From Candidatus Multivorans sp. (GTDB lineage Bacteria; Acidobacteriota; Thermoanaerobaculia; Multivoradales; Multivoraceae), in contig OZ245033.1 of NCBI GenBank assembly GCA_965224025.1, positions 704,001-768,000 of the forward strand: a DNA stretch of 64,000 bases. The letters are read 5' to 3'. A program made the translations under genes and the position numbers. Shown here piece after piece: positions 57,694 to 64,000 of the stretch. Positions within the stretch are counted from its first letter, which is position 1, and every line of letters starts with the position of its first letter. The notes beneath the pieces are model-generated. The model had not been told where the DNA came from. It worked only from the letters and a program-made list of their open reading frames with translations, and searched no databases.

Positions 57694-59613
57694 ATGCCCG
57701 TGACGATGCTCCCACGGTCCGCTCTGCTGGCCTTCGCCGTCGCCGCTCTAGCCTGCGCCGGGCCGCCGGCCGACGACGCGCCCGGCCCCTCGCGCTCCGG
57801 CAGCGCTGGCGCCACGCCCGGAGACGCCGCCGACCGGGTCGCCCTGTTCGGGGACATGCACATCCACACGATGTACTCGCACGACGCCTTCATGGGCACC
57901 GTGCGCACCACGCCGGATGACGCCTACCGGTACGCCAGGGGGGAGGCGATCCCACACCCCTCAGGCGAACAGATCCGGCTCTCCGGCGCGCCGCTCGACT
58001 TCCTCGCGGTGACCGACCATGCGGAGTATCTGGGTGCCCTGGCGGCGCTGATCGATCCCTCGAGCCCGACCTATGGGCATGCGTTGACCGACGATCTGAT
58101 CACTGGCCAGAGCGGCGGGAACCGGGCGCGGCTGGGTGCGCTGAGCCGGGTGCGGGAACTGGCCCGCGCGGGCGATCCGATCAACGGCCCGGATGTGCGC
58201 GGAAGCGCCTGGCAGCGGATCATCGAGGCGGCCGAGCGCCACAACGATCCCGGGCGGTTCACCGCCCTGATCGGCTACGAGTACACGATGGGGGTAAGCA
58301 GCCGTCACCTGCACCGGAACGTCATCTTCCGCGGCAGCGAGGCGCCGGACCTGCCCTTCAGTTCCCTCGACGGCGACCCCGAGGACCTCTGGACCTGGCT
58401 CGACGGTCTGCGCGAGGAGGGGATCGAGGCGCTCGCGATGCCGCACAACATGAACCAGAGCGACGGCCTGGCCTTTCCCGACCGGGAGACGTGGAAGGGC
58501 GCGGAGATCGACGCCGCCTTCGCTGCCAAGCGGATACGGAACGAACCGGTAGCCGAGATCAGCCAGCAGAAGGGCACGTCGGAGGTCCATCCGTCGCTGT
58601 CGCCGAACGACGAGTGGGCCGACTTCCAGATCGTCCAGTACTACCTGGATCGGGTCAACAACACCGACCCGATCTCGGTCTTCAAGGGCGGCTACTGGCG
58701 GGACGCCCTCTTGACCGGGCTCGAGATGGAGGCGCGCCTGGGCGTGAACCCCTACGCTCTCGGTGCGATCGGATCGAGCGACAGCCACGTCAGCGCCGGC
58801 TCCTTCGAGGAGGACAATCGCTTCACGTCGAGGGTGAACACGCCCCAGGCGCGCGGTTCCGCCTACAGCGAAGAGGATGGCGGCTGGGAGAGCTTCTGGA
58901 CGCCGCGCCAGGCCACGCACGGCACCGGCGGCCTGGCCGCGGTATGGGCCGGCGAGAACACCCGCGCCGCGATCTTCGACGCGCTGAAGCGCCGGGAGTC
59001 GTTCGCCACCTCGGGCACCCGCATCCGGGTGCGCTTCTTCGGCGGCTTCGGGCTCGATGAGGCCCTGGCACGGACTGCGGACCCGGTCGCCGCGGCCTAC
59101 GAGCACGGCGTGCCGATGGGCGGCGACCTCGAAGGCGGCAGCGCCGACGAGTCCCCTGGGAACGCGGGCGTCTCGCCCGCATCCGGCGACGGCGCACCGA
59201 GCTTCCTGGTCTGGGCGCTGCGCGACCCGGAGAACGCCTGGCTGCAGCGGGCCCAGGTCATCAAGGGCTGGCAGGAAGACGGCGAAGCGATGGAGCAGGT
59301 CTACGACGTCGTCTGCTCTGACGGTCTCGAGCCGGACCCCGAAACCCACCGCTGTGATGACAACGGCGCCCAGGTCAACCTGGACGACTGCTCGATCAGC
59401 CGCGACAAGGGCGCCGTCGAACTCCGGACCACCTGGACCGACCCGGACTTCGACCCCGGCGCTCGCTCCTTCTACTACGTCCGCGTGCTCGAGAACCCGA
59501 CCTGCCGCTGGTCGACCTGGGACGCGCTCAGCCTCGGCATCGAGCCGAACCCCGACCTCCACGCGACCCACCAGGAACGGGCCTGGAGCTCGCCGATCTG
59601 GTACACACCATGA
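57694..59613 (+). CDS. DUF3604 (PHP-like metallohydrolase) lipoprotein
   Basis: Lipobox ALAC, FGDMHIHTMYS.DA, AVTDHAEYLG, LHRNVIFR, PHN.N.S.G, YYVRVLENPTCRW, QERAWSSPIWY. Confidence 0.88.
   Translation: MPVTMLPRSALLAFAVAALACAGPPADDAPGPSRSGSAGATPGDAADRVALFGDMHIHTMYSHDAFMGTVRTTPDDAYRYARGEAIPHPSGEQIRLSGAPLDFLAVTDHAEYLGALAALIDPSSPTYGHALTDDLITGQSGGNRARLGALSRVRELARAGDPINGPDVRGSAWQRIIEAAERHNDPGRFTALIGYEYTMGVSSRHLHRNVIFRGSEAPDLPFSSLDGDPEDLWTWLDGLREEGIEALAMPHNMNQSDGLAFPDRETWKGAEIDAAFAAKRIRNEPVAEISQQKGTSEVHPSLSPNDEWADFQIVQYYLDRVNNTDPISVFKGGYWRDALLTGLEMEARLGVNPYALGAIGSSDSHVSAGSFEEDNRFTSRVNTPQARGSAYSEEDGGWESFWTPRQATHGTGGLAAVWAGENTRAAIFDALKRRESFATSGTRIRVRFFGGFGLDEALARTADPVAAAYEHGVPMGGDLEGGSADESPGNAGVSPASGDGAPSFLVWALRDPENAWLQRAQVIKGWQEDGEAMEQVYDVVCSDGLEPDPETHRCDDNGAQVNLDDCSISRDKGAVELRTTWTDPDFDPGARSFYYVRVLENPTCRWSTWDALSLGIEPNPDLHATHQERAWSSPIWYTP
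59154..59184 (+). repeat. Family A REP inside the DUF3604 gene (in frame)
   Basis: ccctgggaacgcgggcgtctcgcccgcatcc is identical to 60780-60810; reads PGNAGVSPAS. Confidence 0.9.
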
Positions 59614-59726
59614 CCTCGTCTCCCTCGTGGGTACGAACGGAGCCCTGCTGGAGCGGTATCGGTAGGGCCGGCGTTGCGGAGTAAAGGAGCTCGGCCTCCG
59701 GCCGGCTCTGTGGAAGACACGCGCGA

Positions 59727-60752
59727 GGCGTCGCCGGTGTAGAAGGCGAGGCCGGAGGGGGCGATGGACGGCAGCCAGAAGATGGCCGGCTCCTCCATGC
59801 CTTCGCTCCAGAAGCGCTCGGAGATGCGGACCCCGTTGTAGTGACGGCCGTAGGAGACCACCGGCCAGCCGTAGTTCTTGCCGGGTTCGATGGTGTTCAG
59901 CTCGTCGCCGCCCTGCGGGGCGTGCTCGGTGGTCCAGGGCTGGCCGGTCTCGGGGTGCAGCGCCAGTCCCATCTGGTTGCGGTGACCCATCGAGTAGATC
60001 TCGGGCTTGTGCCCTTCCTTGCCGACGAAGGGGTTGTCGTCCGGGACGCTGCCGTCGAGGCGCAGGCGGAGCAGCTTGCCGGCGTGGCTGTTCGGGTCCT
60101 GGGCCAGCTTGGCGTGGCAGAAGAAGCTCTGCGTGCCGTCCACGAGGTCGGCGCCGAAGGCCCCGCCCATCGTCATGAACATGATGTCCTCGCCGGGCAC
60201 GAAGGCGAGCCGGGCAGCGGCGATCGATCCGCCCCAGGGCTCGGCCACGAAGACGTCCTCGACGTCGACGAGCGACATGCCGTTGAGCCGGCCGCGCACC
60301 AGGGCTACGGTGCCCTCGCGCCCGGAGATCTGCCTGGTGTAGGTGAGGTAAACGTATCCGCTGCCGGCGAAGTGCGGGTGAACCGCTACCTCCATCATCC
60401 CGGCGAGGCTGCGGGCCAGGACGTCGTCCGGCACGCCGGAGATCGGCTCGTCCACGAGCACGCCGTCGCGGACCAGGCGCAGCGCGCCGCCGCGCTCGGT
60501 CACCAGCATGTCGCCCTTGGGAAGGAAGGCGAGGGACCACGGGCGGTTGAGACCCCGGACGACGACCGAGACCTTCACTTCGGGGATCACGTGGGTGTTC
60601 ATGATCCACGGCTCGTCGGGCAACTCGACCCGCGGGATACCGCTCCCCCTGCCGCCATAGCCGGTCTGGGCCGCGGCCTGGCCGGCGATGCCGGCGGCGA
60701 CGAGCAGGAGCATGGCTATCGGGATCAGTCGCTTTTCGGTCGTTCGGTTCAT
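59727..60752 (-). pseudogene. PQQ-dependent soluble sugar dehydrogenase (YliI/GdhB-like), C-terminally truncated
   Basis: PWSLAFLP.GD.LVTER, P.DNPF, YS.GHRN..G, GGDELN...GKNYGWP, APSGLAFYTGD; homology then stops at a REP-like sequence. Confidence 0.75.
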
Positions 60753-60779
60753 CGTGTGTCTCCGTCTGGTTTCCGTCGG

Positions 60780-60810
60780 CCCTGGGAACGCGGGCGTCTC
60801 GCCCGCATCC
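60780..60810 (+). repeat. Family A REP
   Basis: Hairpin gcgggcg-tct-cgcccgc; identical copies at 59154 and 47128 (-). Confidence 0.9.
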
Positions 60811-60812
60811 GC

Positions 60813-61250
60813 CTAGCCATCCTCCTCATCCGACTCCGATTCCGGCTCCGAGTCGGATTTCGGCCACTCGGCGCCCTGTTCGATCCACCGACGGATTGTC
60901 TCGATCTGCTCCTCGGTCAACTGCGTGCCGGCCTCGTAGGGCGGCATCCGCATCTCCGCGAACTCGGAACTCACGCGGATGTAGAGCTCGCTGTCGTCCG
61001 GGTCGCCGGGCGCGATGTTCGGATAACCGCCGAGGTCGGCGAAAGCGCGCTCCTTGATGTCGAGCCTGAGATTCGCTTCCCGGCGCGCACGGTCCTCGCC
61101 GTGGCACTCGTAGCAGAAGCCCTCGAGGATCGGCTTCACCCGGGTGGCGTAGTCGACTTTGCCCTCCGTCTGGCCGTTTGCCCGTGGGGCCCCGATCCAG
61201 CCTGCGACCAGCAGGGCCAGCGGAACGGTGGTCAGACGGCGCGCTCTCAT
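60813..61250 (-). CDS. Mono-heme planctomycete-type cytochrome c domain protein
   Basis: Signal peptide, VKPIL...CYECHG, LRLD, PGDPDDS.L..R, RMPP, I.RWI.QGA. Confidence 0.85.
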   Translation of the reverse strand: MRARRLTTVPLALLVAGWIGAPRANGQTEGKVDYATRVKPILEGFCYECHGEDRARREANLRLDIKERAFADLGGYPNIAPGDPDDSELYIRVSSEFAEMRMPPYEAGTQLTEEQIETIRRWIEQGAEWPKSDSEPESESDEEDG

Positions 61251-61431
61251 CCCTTTCTCTCCCCTACAAACGAAGAGACCCGCGGCGGCTCAGCGGTTCG
61301 AGCTGCTCGCAACGGGTCTCGGCTACAGTGTAGCCCCTTTCCCGACAGTGGACATGGCGACCTGGGGGTGGCAACCGGCGGCGGCTCTGCGGACGGTGGT
61401 CCGGGAAGGGTAGCCACGAGGAGAGGGACGG

Positions 61432-62661
61432 ATGCGAAGGCGTGAGACGAAGCGGGCGGGGAGGGGGAGCGGGCTGCTGACGGCTCTCGCGGCCCTGGTC
61501 ATCGGCTGCGGAGCGGCATCGGACGGCGAGGGCAGCCGGCGACTGGCCCTTCCACTTCACGGTCGACGACGAGCGGGAACTCGTGTTCCTGCCTCTCGCT
61601 TCGCCGATTCCGTTCGCCTACGGCGGCGACCGGCCGGGCGCCAACCTGTTCGCCAACGCGGTGGTCGCGGTCGACATCCGGACCGGTGAGTACCGCTGGC
61701 ACTTCCAGACCATCAACCACGACATCTGGGACCACGATCCGCCGGCGCCGCCGGTGCTCTTCGATGTCGAGCGCGGCGGGGAGACGATCGACGCGTTCGC
61801 CGTGACGACGAAGTCCGGCTATCTCTTCATCCTGAACCGGGAGACGGGCGAAGCGGTGTTCGGCGTCGAGGAGGGGCCGATGCCGGCGAGCGAGGTCCCG
61901 GGGAACAGACCCACCCGACGCAGCCAATTCCGTCGACGACGCCGGCGCTGGGGCGGGTCCGCTACGAGTCGGGCGACCTGGTGACGGCCGACGACACGAG
62001 CGCCGAGCACGCGGAAGCCTGCGCGGAGCTCGTGGAGAGCAACGGTCCGCTCCACAACGAGGGGCCCTACACGCCTTGGCTCCACAAGGACGCTGGCGAG
62101 AGCGGTGCGACCCTGCTGTTCCCGGGGCTGGCGGGCGGGCCGAACTGGGGCGGCGTCGCCTTCGACCCGGCCAACCGGCTTCTGCTCGCCTTCAGCCAGG
62201 ACGTCGGCACGATGGCCTGGGTCGAAGAGCATCCGGAGGCGGACCCAGCTACTTACGTTCTGCGAGTGGCCCGTCCGTTCTCCTTTGCGGTCCGCATCGG
62301 CGACCAGTCCTGGCCGTGCCAGAAGCCGCCGTGGGGTCAGGTGACCGCGGTGGATGCCGAGACCGGCGAGGTCGCTTGGCAGCGCCCGGTCGGCGTCACC
62401 GCGGGATTGCCGCCCGAGAAGCAGGAGACGGGCCGACCAGGGCGCGCCTCGGCGATCGTCACGGCGGGCGGGCTTGCCTTCATCGCGGCCACGGATGACC
62501 GCCGGTTCCGAGCTCTCGACGCCGCTACCGGCGAAGAGTTGTGGTCGACGGAGTTGCCGCGTCGGGAGAACGCGAATCCGCTGACCTATCTGGGCGCGGA
62601 CGGCCGCCAGTACGTGGCGGTCGCGGCGGCGGAAGAAGTCGTCGCGTTCCGGCTGCCGTAG
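61432..62661 (+). pseudogene. PQQ quinoprotein (glucose dehydrogenase-like), internally deleted and frameshifted
   Basis: Lipoprotein signal, DWP, GGDRPGANLF, WHFQT..HDIWD.D, GG.NWGG, PCQKPPWG, P.TY.G.DGRQYV, spread over three frames. Confidence 0.8.
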
Positions 62662-62679
62662 GCCGCGGGGCACCCCCGA

Positions 62680-62717
62680 AGCAAGGTGAGAGGTTTCGCC
62701 TCGCGCGATACCCCCGC
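62680..62717 (+). repeat. Repeat family D; direct-repeat partner at 63924-63961
   Basis: 34 of 38 positions identical by manual alignment; core gcgaggcttcgcctcgc also near 38219 and 62744. Confidence 0.8.
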
Positions 62718-62857
62718 CTCCGGCCGGCTTCTGAGCAAGCCGCGCGAGGCGTAGCCTCGCACCTTCTCCTCCGCGGCGTTCTCCTCCCGTTGGGCGTCGC
62801 CCCGGACTGGTACAGTTGCCACCTTCGTTTCCCAGCGCCCGCGCGGCCGCGACAGCG

Positions 62858-63913
62858 ATGTCTTCACACGACGAGAGCATGGGCCCCGAGGGCTACGACC
62901 AACCCGCCATCGAGGCCTGGATCGCCGAACACGTCAACGCCCTGCGACCACCGCTCCGGTGGACGCGGCTCGAGGGCGGCCACTCGAACCTGACCTACCG
63001 GCTCGACGACACAGAAGGCCGCGCGGCCGTCATCCGGCGTCCGCCGCAGGGCGTGCTGCTACCCAAGGCACACGACATGAGCCGGGAGTGGTCGTTGATC
63101 TCGGCGCTCGGGCCCACGCCTGTGCCGGTGCCGCCGGCGCTCGCGTTCTGCGAGAGCCCCGACGTAACCGGCGCCTGGTTCTACGTCATGGGCCTGGTCG
63201 ACGGGCATCCGCTCTACAGTTCCGCTCACACGGAGGAGTGGGTGCCCGAGGAGCGGCGCGTGAAGCTCGCGCATTCCTTCATCGACGTGCTCGCCGAGCT
63301 CCACGCCGTCGATCCGGATGAGGTCGGGCTGGGTGAACTCGGCAAGCGGGACAGCTACGTCGGCCGGCAACTGCGGACCTGGTACCGGTCCTGGACCGCG
63401 TCCGTGGAACCGGCGAACCTCGACGACCCGCGCGCGCACGAGCTGCAACGGTACTTTCTGGACCATCTGCCGGAGCAGGGGCCGGCGCGCGTCGTCCACG
63501 GCGACTACGGGCTGCACAACTGTCTCGTGGGACCGGACTCGACGATCGCCGCCGTCGTCGACTGGGAGATCTCGACCCTCGGCGATCCGCTGGCCGACCT
63601 CGCCTACGCGATGAACCAGTGGACGCCGGCGGTGGACACCATGCCGAGCGGCCGGGGCGGCGCCACCGCGGCGCCCGGCTTCCCGGCGCGGGAGGAGTTG
63701 CTGGAGCGCTACGCCGAGCGCACCGGCAGGAATATCTCGCACCTGGACTACTACGTGGGCTTCAACCGCTGGAAGTCGGCGGCGATCGTCCACGGCGTCT
63801 ACGCGCGCTACATGGAAGGCAAGAAGAGCACCGAGGGCGTCGACATGGACGAGATGCGCGAGCGCATCGTGAGGACCCTGGACCTGGCCGAAGAGGCGGT
63901 GAGCAGGCTGTAG
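62858..63913 (+). CDS. Phosphotransferase family protein (APH/ACAD10-N-like)
   Basis: GGHSNLTY, RRPP...AHDM.RE, VHGDYGLHN, VVDWE.STLGDPLADL. Confidence 0.9.
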   Translation: MSSHDESMGPEGYDQPAIEAWIAEHVNALRPPLRWTRLEGGHSNLTYRLDDTEGRAAVIRRPPQGVLLPKAHDMSREWSLISALGPTPVPVPPALAFCESPDVTGAWFYVMGLVDGHPLYSSAHTEEWVPEERRVKLAHSFIDVLAELHAVDPDEVGLGELGKRDSYVGRQLRTWYRSWTASVEPANLDDPRAHELQRYFLDHLPEQGPARVVHGDYGLHNCLVGPDSTIAAVVDWEISTLGDPLADLAYAMNQWTPAVDTMPSGRGGATAAPGFPAREELLERYAERTGRNISHLDYYVGFNRWKSAAIVHGVYARYMEGKKSTEGVDMDEMRERIVRTLDLAEEAVSRL

Positions 63914-64000
63914 GCCGGCCCTGAGCAAGGAGCGAGGCTTCGCCTCGCGCGGTACCCCCGCGTTCCGCCGCTCCGCGTCGTCGCGCGGAGGCCGGCCGGA

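Noticed and set aside
57961-60609. 882-aa minus-strand ORF, and similar ones at 2819-4672, 5939-8212, 8819-10408 and 49077-51248
   Set aside because: Off-frame or antisense to well-supported genes; Arg/Gly/Pro-rich with no domain signatures.

Overview
High-GC bacterial chromosomal window. The gene content suggests a diderm, possibly Acidobacteriota (inference only). Most of it is housekeeping and envelope genes: tldD/pmbA, an acyl-CoA carboxylase beta subunit, purE, rpiB, folC, yebC, ruvC, exbB-exbD-exbD-tonB-TPR-tonB, gatB, tatA, truA-cdsA-dxr-rseP-PASTA-rpe-bamD-cpoB-fis-like, glmU, pcrA, ispH, purD, a glycosyltransferase cluster, serS and five tRNAs. The standout is an intact IS110-family element (39481-41190). 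Its 400-bp non-coding left end encodes a bridge RNA that can be read directly from the sequence: target guides, donor guides and handshake dinucleotides match this copy's own junctions, the core is CC, and a promoter forms at the circle junction. Its target is one subtype of a REP-like palindrome family scattered through the window, and an extra three-way-junction structure precedes the bridge RNA. Several palindromic repeat families form composite intergenic modules, and three copies sit in frame inside genes (pcrA, a DUF3604 gene, a GT2-GT4 gene). Also present: a sigma-54 promoter for a lytic transglycosylase, a degenerate tandem tRNA-Ser copy, duplications of start-codon regions, an isolated 36-bp pntB-like fragment and three decayed genes. 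All calls were made by eye, with no database searches.
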